Assembly: GCA_964493905.1 (NCBI GenBank)
Contig: CAZBQA010000008.1
Coordinates: forward strand, 13,802-77,801
DNA: 64,000 nucleotides
Direction: 5' to 3'
DNA from: an uncultured Prevotella sp.
GTDB lineage: Bacteria > Bacteroidota > Bacteroidia > Bacteroidales > Bacteroidaceae
Part shown: positions 35,868 through 44,159 of the stretch, in pieces
Layout: the number at the start of each line of letters is the position of its first letter
How positions within the stretch are numbered: the stretch's first letter is position 1
Program-made: the position numbers and the translations under genes
The notes under the pieces: model-generated
Database searches by the model: none
Told to the model about the DNA's origin: nothing
Seen by the model: only the letters and a program-made list of their open reading frames with translations

Positions 35868-37628
35868 CTACAGAGTGGCAAGAATGTCCTCCACCATTTG
35901 CTCCTCGGTGAGGTGATTGTCGCGGAGAAGGTCGTTGACATTGTAACGGTCGTAGAGCTGCTTGCGAACACCGAAGTTGAGCACACGCATAGCCGTGGGA
36001 CCATAATGACGGGCGATGCGTTCGCCAAAGCCACCATCGAGGGTACCATCCTCGAGGGTGGCCACCAGCTGGTGGTCATCGAGCAGACTGTCGAGAAGTG
36101 TCGTGTCGGTGCCCGACAAATAGCGTGGGTTGATGAGTGTGGCATCGATGCCCCTGTTGCGCAGCGCACGCGTCAGGGCCTCTCCCTTCTGGAAGAAGTC
36201 ACCTGCGGCAATGATGGCCACGCCGCTGCCCCTGTGAACCACCTGATAACGGTCGAGCAGACTGTAGTCGGTATCGTAAGCCTCGTCGCTGTGCACCACA
36301 CTCATGGCAGGCACACGGATGGCCACGCTGTAACGGTCCTGACGGATGGCCCAGTCTTCCATGGCCTTCCACTCCTCCCAGGTCGTGGGGGCGAGATACA
36401 CGAGGTTAGGAATGTGACTGAGCATGGCAATGTCGAAGAAGCAGATATGGGTGAAGTCGTTCATGCCGTAGATGCTGGCCCCCATCACATTGATAACAGC
36501 GGGATTGCCGTTGACGGCAAGATCTTGGCACAGCTGGTCGTAGGTACGCTGCAAGAAGGTGGCGTAGGTGGTATACACTACGTGTGCGCCGCCTTTGGCA
36601 GCTCCCGAGGCCAAGGCCACGCCTTCTTCCTCGGCAATGCCCACATCCACATACTGGCTGCCGAGACGCTGGCGACGGTCGGCCGTAAAGCCGAAGGCAG
36701 CAGGTACCGCAGAGGTGACCACCAGCAGTCGTGGGTCTTCGGCGGCCTTCTGCTCTAGATACTCGCCCATGAGCTTACTGTAGCTCTCGCCGGCATATCG
36801 CTCGGGGTTGAGCAGATGGCCGGTAGCCACGTCGAAGGGCATGCTGTAATGCCAAGGCTCCTTGTGCTCCGTGGCAGGCAGATAGCCGTGGCCTTTCTCG
36901 GTGTGCAGATGAACGACGATGGGGTGGTCGATACCCTTCACGCTACTGAAGGCACTGACAAGACTGCTGATGTCGTTGCCCTTTTCCACATACATGTAGT
37001 CGAAGCCCATGGCGCGAAACAGATTGTCGGTTGCCTTGCCGCCCGTTCGGCGCAGCTCGGCCAGTCCGCGGTAGAGTCCACCGTGGTTCTCGGCGATACT
37101 CATCTCGTTGTCGTTGAACACCAAGATGAAGTTGGTACCCGTCTCGGCCGCTGTGTCGATACCCTCGAAGGCCTCGCCTCCCGACAGCGACCCATCGCCG
37201 AGCACAGCGATGACGTTATAGTGCTGGTGCAGCAAGTCGCGGGCTTTCTGCAGTCCAGAGGCCAGCGCCACCGATGTAGAAGTGTGGCCTATTTCAAAGT
37301 TGTCGTATTCGGGGTTTTCGGTGGGCGAACTGTATCCTGATATGCGGTCCATGGCATTGTCATCGAGAAAACCATCTTTGCGACCGGTGAGCATCTTGTG
37401 CGGGTAGCTCTGGTGTGACACGTCGAAGACTATCTTGTCGTCGGGGGCATCGAACACATAGTGCAAGGCTACGGTAGCCTCTGTGAATCCGAGATTAGGA
37501 CCAACATGTCCGCCGTGACGACTCACGCGGTTGAGCACGCCCTGGCGCACCTCGTCGGCCAGGATGTTGAGTTCCGAAATACTGAGACCCTTGAGGTCTT
37601 TAGGACTATTAATGTTGTCGATAATCAT
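35868..37628 (-). CDS. 1-deoxy-D-xylulose-5-phosphate synthase family protein (short 586-aa form; true DXS versus paralog not resolvable here)
   Basis: INSPKDLKGLSISELNILADEVRQ...SRHGGHVGPNLG...DVSHQSYPHKMLTGR...GDGSLSGGEAFEG is the ThDP-binding GDG motif context. Confidence 0.8.
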   Translation of the reverse strand: MIIDNINSPKDLKGLSISELNILADEVRQGVLNRVSRHGGHVGPNLGFTEATVALHYVFDAPDDKIVFDVSHQSYPHKMLTGRKDGFLDDNAMDRISGYSSPTENPEYDNFEIGHTSTSVALASGLQKARDLLHQHYNVIAVLGDGSLSGGEAFEGIDTAAETGTNFILVFNDNEMSIAENHGGLYRGLAELRRTGGKATDNLFRAMGFDYMYVEKGNDISSLVSAFSSVKGIDHPIVVHLHTEKGHGYLPATEHKEPWHYSMPFDVATGHLLNPERYAGESYSKLMGEYLEQKAAEDPRLLVVTSAVPAAFGFTADRRQRLGSQYVDVGIAEEEGVALASGAAKGGAHVVYTTYATFLQRTYDQLCQDLAVNGNPAVINVMGASIYGMNDFTHICFFDIAMLSHIPNLVYLAPTTWEEWKAMEDWAIRQDRYSVAIRVPAMSVVHSDEAYDTDYSLLDRYQVVHRGSGVAIIAAGDFFQKGEALTRALRNRGIDATLINPRYLSGTDTTLLDSLLDDHQLVATLEDGTLDGGFGERIARHYGPTAMRVLNFGVRKQLYDRYNVNDLLRDNHLTEEQMVEDILATL

Positions 37629-37673
37629 CTTTTTACCTTATTATATATACTATCTTTCTTGCTTATTACGGTG

Positions 37674-37681
37674 CAAAGGTA
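37674..37681 (-). promoter_or_regulatory. -7 promoter box TACCTTTG for the DXS-family gene
   Basis: The minus strand reads TACCTTTG 46 nt upstream of the ATG at 37628. Confidence 0.5.
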
Positions 37682-37836
37682 AAACTTTTGGCGCTTGAAG
37701 AAGCTACCTATTTCGTTGAAAAAAATACCATTATTACAGATGAGACACTAGCCGCCCCGCCCACTTCCTGCTATCTCTGAGCGAAACTAAGAGATGTTAT
37801 CCTGACTGGTCGGAAGACAATAATAAAATCCCGAGA

Positions 37837-37861
37837 CCATTCCCGGGATTATCATTTTATC
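37837..37861 (-). terminator. Hairpin with a T-rich tail on the minus strand, a possible terminator of yfcE
   Basis: On the minus strand AATCCCG-GGAATGGTCT-CGGGATT is followed by TTATTATTG. Confidence 0.45.
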
Positions 37862-37890
37862 TTGCCTGTGCCATCCGCACACCGCCAGTA

Positions 37891-37995
37891 TGTTATTCCG
37901 TTACTCTGTCTATAAAACAGCCGTCAAGTTTGTTATTCTGTTACTATGTCTATAAAACAGCCGTCTAGTTTGTTATTCTGCTACTATGTCTTTAT
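37891..37995. repeat. 40-bp tandem repeat, about 2.6 copies
   Basis: The copies are TGTTATTCCGTTACTCTGTCTATAAAACAGCCGTCAAGTT, TGTTATTCTGTTACTATGTCTATAAAACAGCCGTCTAGTT and the partial TGTTATTCTGCTACTATGTCTTTAT. Confidence 0.85.
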
Positions 37996-38039
37996 AACCC
38001 ACCCACACTGGCAGTTTAAGATACACTTTTACTCTGTCT

Positions 38040-38588
38040 TTACCCCCTGCCTACCACTATCGTCTTGAGCAGTTGACCATCAAGGGTATAGACGCTGATG
38101 GTGCCGTCTTCCATGAGAGCGTAGGTGGGAGGATTGCCGCCTTTGGGGAAGGTGATGGAGCCTGTGTTGCAGACCACCATACCCTCCTCCTGACTCAGTT
38201 CCCACAGATGGGTGTGGCCGTAGACCAGGGCATCGAAGCGTCCTTTGGGCAAGTGGCCCTTGTGATAGACATGTCCGTGGGTGAGCAGGATACGGCGGCC
38301 ACCGTCGACCAGCAACACATAGTCGCTCATCATCGGAAAGTCGAGCAGCATCTGGTCGACCTCGGCGTCGCAGTTGCCACGAACAGCCACAACATCGTCG
38401 GCCATGCCGTTGAGCACCTCGGCAATGCCCTTGGCATCGATGCCTTCGGGGATGCTGTTCCGGGGTCCATAGTTAAGGATGTCGCCCAGCACCACCAGCA
38501 TGTCACAATGCTGTTCACGGTAGACATCCAACACCTTGTTGAGTCGCGGCAGCGAGCCGTGAATATCTGATACAAATAAATATTTCAT
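38040..38588 (-). CDS. yfcE: YfcE-family metallophosphoesterase
   Basis: MKYLFVSDIHGS...VLGDILNYGPRN...VRGNCD...THGH are the calcineurin-like motifs. Confidence 0.88.
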   Translation of the reverse strand: MKYLFVSDIHGSLPRLNKVLDVYREQHCDMLVVLGDILNYGPRNSIPEGIDAKGIAEVLNGMADDVVAVRGNCDAEVDQMLLDFPMMSDYVLLVDGGRRILLTHGHVYHKGHLPKGRFDALVYGHTHLWELSQEEGMVVCNTGSITFPKGGNPPTYALMEDGTISVYTLDGQLLKTIVVGRG

Positions 38589-38688
38589 TACATGGGTTTA
38601 CAACAGTACACGCCTCCTGCGACACACAGGGCATACCACCCTCATGAGCGCCGCGTGGGAGTCCGTCAAGGGATGATGACGGCGCAAG

Positions 38689-39414
38689 CTAGTTACGCAA
38701 GAAATTCTTGAGATCGGTGCTCTTGGTCATGCGGCATATCTTCCTGATGGCCTTGTCGCGAATCTGTCGCACGCGCTCACGCTTCAGTCCGGTCTGCTGT
38801 GCAATCTCGGCCATGGTGAGATGTGTGTCGCCGATGCCATAGAAGCGGCGGATGACCATCCGCTCGCGGTCGTCGAGACGTGCCACCAGACCATTCAACT
38901 CCTTCAGTAGCAGTCCGTCTTCGAGCATACGGTCGGGGTTGGGGGCATCCTGGTCGGGAATGACGCGACCCAGGCTCAGCTCCGCACTGCCCCCCACTGG
39001 GGCGTCGATCGAGAGCGAGCGGCTGCGTCGTTTCTCCAGTGCCACGTTCTTCACGTCGCGCGGCACGCGGTAGAGACCGGCCTGCTGCTCGATGGCCTGC
39101 TCGATGGCCTCGCGGATATATGGCGCGGCGAAAGTGACAAAGCGCTTGTCCATGTCAGCATCATATTTCAGCGCAGCGCGCAGCATACCGATATTGCCCT
39201 CGCTGATGAGGTCTTCCAGGTCGAGTCCCCTACCCTTGTAATGGTTGGCCACCGACACCACGAAGGTGAGGTTGGCCGATGTCAGTCGGTCCACAGCCCT
39301 GCTGTCGCCCGTCTTGATACGCGCGGCCAGCTCTTTCTCCTCCCGGTCGGTGAGATGCTTCTCGTGTCCTATCTCGTTGAGATAGGTATTCAGTGAATTT
39401 TTGTCCTTATCCAT
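38689..39414 (-). CDS. Sigma-70 family RNA polymerase sigma factor, group-3-like paralog (regions 1.2, 2, 3, 4)
   Basis: NLTFVVSVANHYKGRGLDLEDLISEGNIGMLRAALKYD is region 2. FVTFAAPYIREAI stands in place of the primary-sigma sequence YA.WWIRQ. Region 4 is ERMVIRRFYG...MAEIAQQTGLKRERVRQIRDKAIRKI. Confidence 0.88.
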   Translation of the reverse strand: MDKDKNSLNTYLNEIGHEKHLTDREEKELAARIKTGDSRAVDRLTSANLTFVVSVANHYKGRGLDLEDLISEGNIGMLRAALKYDADMDKRFVTFAAPYIREAIEQAIEQQAGLYRVPRDVKNVALEKRRSRSLSIDAPVGGSAELSLGRVIPDQDAPNPDRMLEDGLLLKELNGLVARLDDRERMVIRRFYGIGDTHLTMAEIAQQTGLKRERVRQIRDKAIRKICRMTKSTDLKNFLRN

Positions 39415-39422
39415 ATCCTTAC

Positions 39423-39626
39423 TTATTCTAACCCCGACTCCAACAGCAGTTCGGCCACCTCCTCGGGTGTATTAAAGGGCATGCCGTCGCTCAGCTCCTC
39501 GTCAGAGAACTCCTGCGAGAGGCGCAGGGCCTGCTCTTCGGTGAGCCTGGCGTTGCCATCGGCGGTCTTCACATCCCGCAAGGCCTGCAGAATGGCTTGC
39601 CGGTAGTTGTCTATGTCTTCCATCAT
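39423..39626 (-). CDS. Small acidic hypothetical protein (67 aa) co-transcribed with the sigma factor
   Basis: MMEDIDNYRQAILQALRDVKTADGNARLTEEQALRLSQEFSDEELSDGMPFNTPEEVAELLLESGLE. Third-position GC is genome-like, and the stop lies 8 nt before the sigma ATG. Confidence 0.65.
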   Translation of the reverse strand: MMEDIDNYRQAILQALRDVKTADGNARLTEEQALRLSQEFSDEELSDGMPFNTPEEVAELLLESGLE

Positions 39627-39646
39627 AAAGCTTTTTTACATTGGTG

Positions 39647-39654
39647 TAAAGGTA
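39647..39654 (-). promoter_or_regulatory. Near-consensus -7 box TACCTTTA upstream of the small ORF / sigma operon
   Basis: The minus strand reads TACCTTTA 21 nt upstream of the ATG at 39626, with one mismatch to TAnnTTTG. Confidence 0.35.
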
Positions 39655-39764
39655 CATATAATATTTCATACTGCAGGCCTATCCGCGCAAAAAAAATAAC
39701 GGGGCATGCCGCACGACGGGATGTTAATGTCAGACAAAAATGCCTGCTTACGACCTTTTTTTCG

Positions 39765-39772
39765 TAAGTTTG
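39765..39772 (+). promoter_or_regulatory. -7 promoter box TAAGTTTG only 4 nt before the SDR start codon (leaderless or near-leaderless mRNA)
   Basis: The sequence is GTAAGTTTGCCGCATG, with the ATG at 39777. Confidence 0.45.
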
Positions 39773-39776
39773 CCGC

Positions 39777-40505
39777 ATGAAAAGAAAAGCGATTGTGATT
39801 GGGGCCAGCTCGGGCATCGGACTTGAGGTGGCCCGCCGGCTGCTCGCCGATGGCTGGCAGGTGGGCCTTGCCGCCCGCCGACAAGAGCCCTTGCAGGCGT
39901 TGGCCCGAGAGTTTGGCACCGATGCACTGACGGCGCCCATTGACGTCACGGCCGATGATGCCGCCGAGCATCTGCAGGCCCTCATCAACCGACTGGGTGG
40001 CCTAGACCTCTATTTCCACGCCGCGGGCATCGGATGGCAGAACCCCACGCTCAAGGCCAATGCCGAACTCAACACCGTCGGCACCAATGCCTTGGGCTTC
40101 ACACGCATGGTGGGCGAGGCCTTCAGGTGGATGGCCGACCACGGCGGCGGACACATCGCGGTCATCACCAGCATTGCAGGCACGCGCGGGCTGGGACCGG
40201 CGCCGTCGTACAGTGCCACCAAGGCCTTTCAAAACACTTATATCCAAGCCCTCGAGCAGTTGTCGTATGCCCGCAAACTGAACATCCGCTTCACCGACAT
40301 CAGGCCTGGCTTTGTAGACACCGACCTCATCAAGGGCAGCCATTTCCCCATGACCATGACGAGCGACCTTGTGGCCGACGAGATTATGTGGGCGCTGACC
40401 ATGAAACGACACGTGCGCATCATCGACTGGCGCTGGCGCACCGTGGTCTTCTTCTGGCGGCTCCTGCCCGCCTGGCTGTGGCGCCATCTGCCCCTCGCTC
40501 GCTAA
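39777..40505 (+). CDS. SDR family oxidoreductase
   Basis: MKRKAIVIGASSGIGLEVARRL is the TGxxxGxG-type motif and YSATKAF is the YxxxK motif. Confidence 0.9.
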   Translation: MKRKAIVIGASSGIGLEVARRLLADGWQVGLAARRQEPLQALAREFGTDALTAPIDVTADDAAEHLQALINRLGGLDLYFHAAGIGWQNPTLKANAELNTVGTNALGFTRMVGEAFRWMADHGGGHIAVITSIAGTRGLGPAPSYSATKAFQNTYIQALEQLSYARKLNIRFTDIRPGFVDTDLIKGSHFPMTMTSDLVADEIMWALTMKRHVRIIDWRWRTVVFFWRLLPAWLWRHLPLAR

Positions 40506-40545
40506 GCGTCGACACCTTGCTGCAACATAACACACCATCCCTGTG

Positions 40546-41388
40546 ATGTTTATGACAACACAGATAAAGCGAAGCATCATGCTTGATGTCAAATTCTATA
40601 GTAACAATAAAAGCAACGATTGGCTTGTACGGCAGTTTGCTGCATACCGGTTCTCTGATGCCTTGCTGACAGAGAAATTTATTCCGCGTCCTGACGTTTC
40701 TATCATCTTCCACTTCAAAAACCAGCCGTCGATGATAGACAATGGAAACATCCTGCTAGAGCCTCTTTTTGTAACATCCATTCCCACCCATTCGTTCACA
40801 TTACATTTTCGGGGACCAATGGATACTTTTGTTGTCATTTGCAAGCCCACTGTCCTCTCGCGTGCTTTTGGCATTGAATTGGTATTGTTTCCCAGCAAAG
40901 CCATCGACTTGTCAAATACGGTCTTCCAGTCCCTTTGGGAGCATTTGTCTCAATGTGAAACCACAGAAGACCGTATCAATTATTTTACAGATTTTATCAA
41001 CGCTTACTGCCCATTACCTTATTGTCCCGACACCATCGACCTGTTTTACAACAAGATCATTGATAAAGGACCTAGGATGCTGTTGAAAGATATTGTCAAA
41101 GAGAGTCCAGCGTGTCAGCGTTCCCTACAGCGAAACTTTAAGAAACGCACGGGTATTACGCCCAAAAAACTATTGCGTCTGGTGCGCTTTGATTATCTGT
41201 GGACCAGAATCAATAACGAAAAGACCATAGACTACCAAGACCTGGTGTTTGACGGCAACTATTTCGACCAGGCTCACTTCATCAATGACTTCAAGTCGAT
41301 CACCGGCGAAACCCCGAGTTACTTTTTCAACCGAAACCTACAAATCACCAAGATGTTTTCTGGCAGGGGCGAAGGAACGATTGCCTAA
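40546..41388 (+). CDS. AraC family transcriptional regulator
   Basis: The C-terminal HTH reads LQRNFKKRTGITPKKLLRLVRFDYLW...FDQAHFINDFKSITGETPSYF. The start is ambiguous (GTG 40543, ATG 40546 or 40552), and the gene is low in GC. Confidence 0.85.
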   Translation: MFMTTQIKRSIMLDVKFYSNNKSNDWLVRQFAAYRFSDALLTEKFIPRPDVSIIFHFKNQPSMIDNGNILLEPLFVTSIPTHSFTLHFRGPMDTFVVICKPTVLSRAFGIELVLFPSKAIDLSNTVFQSLWEHLSQCETTEDRINYFTDFINAYCPLPYCPDTIDLFYNKIIDKGPRMLLKDIVKESPACQRSLQRNFKKRTGITPKKLLRLVRFDYLWTRINNEKTIDYQDLVFDGNYFDQAHFINDFKSITGETPSYFFNRNLQITKMFSGRGEGTIA

Positions 41389-41428
41389 AGTTGTCGCTTT
41401 TTTACAATGATAATATGCCTTTCGCTCC

Positions 41429-41436
41429 TAATTTTG
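41429..41436 (+). promoter_or_regulatory. -7 promoter box TAATTTTG that would give a leader of about 170 nt for the OmpA-family gene
   Basis: The motif lies 179 nt upstream of the ATG at 41615, so the repeat element at 41452-41600 falls within the predicted leader. Confidence 0.4.
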
Positions 41437-41451
41437 CCTTTGAATCATCAA

Positions 41452-41600
41452 AGGTGGGAGACGATGGATGACCACCAAAACTAATAATAATCAATCATGG
41501 GTGATGTGTTGCCACCTCTAAGGCCTTCTTCGGCGCAAAACGCCAGTTGACCTCGAAGACGGTCTCGAAACCTGACAAGACGAAAGAACAGAACCCATCT
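41452..41600 (+). mobile_element. Decayed, internally deleted copy of the MITE-like element found at 57803-58001
   Basis: It shares ACCACC..AATCATGGGT...TTGCCA...TTCTTCGGC and TTGACCTCGAAGACGGTCTCGAAACCTGACAAGA with the other copy. The ends AGGTGGG and GAACCCATCT are eroded TIRs. Confidence 0.6.
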
Positions 41601-41614
41601 AAAAAGGCAAGATT

Positions 41615-42844
41615 ATGAAGAAAGTAACAGCAATCATCAGCAGTTTGTTATTGCTTGCAAGCATGCAGGTGACGGCCCAGTCGTGGCTCGGGAAAATAGG
41701 AAAACGTGTGAAGGAAAAGGTCGTAGAAAAGGTGGAACAGCACATTGATGACAAGACCGACGAAACGACCGGCAAGGTATTGGAGAAAGCAGAATCTTTG
41801 GGCAAAAAAACAGGAAAGAAGGGAGAGCAGCAAACATCGACGCTCAAGGGCAAGTCAAACAACGGCAAGCCAGCGGTGGCAGGTCTGGCTGAGACGGATG
41901 CCGCATATCTAAAATACGATTTTGTACCCGGCAATGAAGTGATTTTTGAAGATGACCTGAAAGGTGAACGCTTGGGAGAATTTCCCAGCAAATGGGACTT
42001 GATGGAAGGTAACGCTGAGATTGCCCAGCTGAATGGCGAGAACACATTGGCCATCATTGGCTATACCTACATCACTCCTTTGTTCAAAGACCGGTCATAC
42101 AAACTGCCCGAGGAGTTTACCATAGAGTTTGATGTGTTTCTCGACGGCAAAGAAGGTGAGACCAGCGTAGAACTGATGAATGCCAATGCTGACGTGACTG
42201 CCAGCACAATGTTCTGGATAGACAATACGCGGATCCTCTCCCACTGGGTGGGCAGTGCCGGCGAGCAAAACAGTGAGGAGACCTTCGACAACAGTCCGGG
42301 GTGGCACCATTTTGCACTTTCGTTCAACAAACGGGCAATGAAGGTCTACATGGATGCCAAACGTGTGGCCAATATCCCTAACGTTGGCGACAGACCCGTC
42401 AAAATGAAGCTGTTTGCCCGCGGCCCCGAAGACAACAGGACCATCCACTTCAAGAGTTTCCGCATGGCCAAGGGCGCCGTGCCACTCTACGACAAACTGC
42501 TCACCGATGGCAAAATCATCACCTACGGTATCACGTTCGATGTCGGGAAATCGACCATCAAACCAGAGTCGATGGGCACCATCAACGAGGTGTTCGGCAT
42601 CCTGCAACAGCATCCTGAACTGAAATTCTCGGTGGAAGGTCATACAGACAACACCGGCAATGCCACCTTGAATCAGTCGCTCTCTGAGTCGCGGGCCCAG
42701 GCCGTATGCGACAAACTACAGCAAATGGGCATTGGACCCGGTCGACTCATTGCCAAAGGTCATGGAATGAGCAAGCCTCTCGACTCGAATGCGACCCCTG
42801 AGGGTAGAGCCAAAAACAGACGTGTAGAATTTGTGAAACAATGA
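41615..42844 (+). CDS. OmpA-family protein with a Lys-rich linker and a LamG/concanavalin-like central domain
   Basis: The signal peptide is MKKVTAIISSLLLLASMQVTAQ. The C-terminal OmpA domain reads ITFDVGKSTIKPES...FSVEGHTDNTGN...NQSLSESRAQAV...NRRVEFV. Confidence 0.85.
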   Translation: MKKVTAIISSLLLLASMQVTAQSWLGKIGKRVKEKVVEKVEQHIDDKTDETTGKVLEKAESLGKKTGKKGEQQTSTLKGKSNNGKPAVAGLAETDAAYLKYDFVPGNEVIFEDDLKGERLGEFPSKWDLMEGNAEIAQLNGENTLAIIGYTYITPLFKDRSYKLPEEFTIEFDVFLDGKEGETSVELMNANADVTASTMFWIDNTRILSHWVGSAGEQNSEETFDNSPGWHHFALSFNKRAMKVYMDAKRVANIPNVGDRPVKMKLFARGPEDNRTIHFKSFRMAKGAVPLYDKLLTDGKIITYGITFDVGKSTIKPESMGTINEVFGILQQHPELKFSVEGHTDNTGNATLNQSLSESRAQAVCDKLQQMGIGPGRLIAKGHGMSKPLDSNATPEGRAKNRRVEFVKQ

Positions 42845-42923
42845 GAAATGCACCTGCTCCAAACGCGGCCTTTGGCTCTTACAGTAGTCTGATTTTTAAA
42901 TATTTCAACATCTGCCCCACACC

Positions 42924-43637
42924 ATGAACACCGCCACCATCATCCTATCAAGCCTCCTCACGATGATCTGTGCAGAAGCCTCTGCACAGGTCTACGACCA
43001 AGCAGCCTTGATCGAGAGGATGCCACGCATACCGGCTACCGTGACAGGGGTTGGTGATGAAGAAAAAGAGAGGTTTCGGATGCAGGTCTATGCAGCAGAA
43101 ACTTATCTCGACAGCTTGATGCAGCATTACAAACACCCTACGCGCCCCTTGGGAAATGCAAGCCAGAAGGAGATGTTCGAGTTCAACCAAATATGGGAGG
43201 AACTCTATCAACAACATGACAACTATCTGAATGCCAGCCGCTCTGCGTCGCTAGAGCAAATGGGCGCATTGTCGCAAGAGGAGTTTGACCGACAGGCTGA
43301 ATTATCTGAGGAGTTACGGAAGGTCAGGAAGCAGTCGGTAAAAACGATGAAAGATACCAGTGACGACGAAAACAGGATAGACCGAGCCATGTACGACAAT
43401 CATGCGCACTACAATGAGCGACGGGCAGAGATATTGACCAACGATATCAACCATTACCTATCGCTTATCCAAAACATGGCAACCAAAACAAAACGTGCCG
43501 ATACCCTTTTTTTGCCGGAAATCACGCCCAATGCCAAATATCCTTGCGCGGCGATCTTCAACGCCCAGCAGCTGTTGGCATTATTAAAAGGGTATCTAGA
43601 GTTGTTTGTCCCTCCCTATACACCAAAGTTTGAATAG
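42924..43637 (+). CDS. Hypothetical secreted helical / coiled-coil protein (237 aa)
   Basis: The signal peptide is MNTATIILSSLLTMICAEASAQ. I recognise no motif. The gene is low in GC like its two upstream neighbours. Confidence 0.7.
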   Translation: MNTATIILSSLLTMICAEASAQVYDQAALIERMPRIPATVTGVGDEEKERFRMQVYAAETYLDSLMQHYKHPTRPLGNASQKEMFEFNQIWEELYQQHDNYLNASRSASLEQMGALSQEEFDRQAELSEELRKVRKQSVKTMKDTSDDENRIDRAMYDNHAHYNERRAEILTNDINHYLSLIQNMATKTKRADTLFLPEITPNAKYPCAAIFNAQQLLALLKGYLELFVPPYTPKFE

Positions 43638-43916
43638 GACTGAGACCCAAGGCCGGGGCAGAGAAGGCATGCGATGGCTTGCGCGAGACAGCGACCAGCG
43701 GTGTGGAGGATATGGGCTAAGGTGGGGGCTGCACACCCTGTCACCCACCCTACAAACTGGTCGTGACAGGTTGTGAAGAGTCGTTGATGATGTTTTTTGC
43801 AACGACAACCACGACTGTACACGACTCGCCATATAGCTTTCATGACAATGTAACGACCATAAGCTAGTGTGATAAGTATGCGACCATAGCGAAATCTTTG
43901 TCATTGGGTTGTTTGT

Positions 43917-44026
43917 TTCAACTTGAACGACACTCTACTTCAACCCGAACCACACTCTGCTTCGACTCGAACCACACTCTGCTTCGACTCGAACGACAGT
44001 GTGTTTCTTGTCAAGTCAAGGTATGC
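43917..44026. repeat. Tandem array of about five 22-bp units of the TTCGANTCGAA family (locus 2 of 3)
   Basis: The units are TTCAACTTGAACGACACTCTAC, TTCAACCCGAACCACACTCTGC, TTCGACTCGAACCACACTCTGC, TTCGACTCGAACGACAGTGTGT and a degenerate TTCTTGTCAAGTCAAGGTATGC. Confidence 0.8.
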
Positions 44027-44159
44027 CCTCAGCTTACCCACGATACCTAGAGACTGTGGTGAGTTTACGAATATTGCCGACACAACGGATGTTGTATATA
44101 ATATGAAACCTTGTCGGATGGCACAAAAAAACCTTCAAGCAGTGCTTGAAGGCGTAAGC

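Noticed and set aside
37690-37870. A possible sRNA on the + strand ending at the 37837-37861 hairpin.
   Set aside because: I found no convincing TAnnTTTG promoter upstream on the + strand. The hairpin has the better T-tail on the minus strand, where it can serve yfcE.
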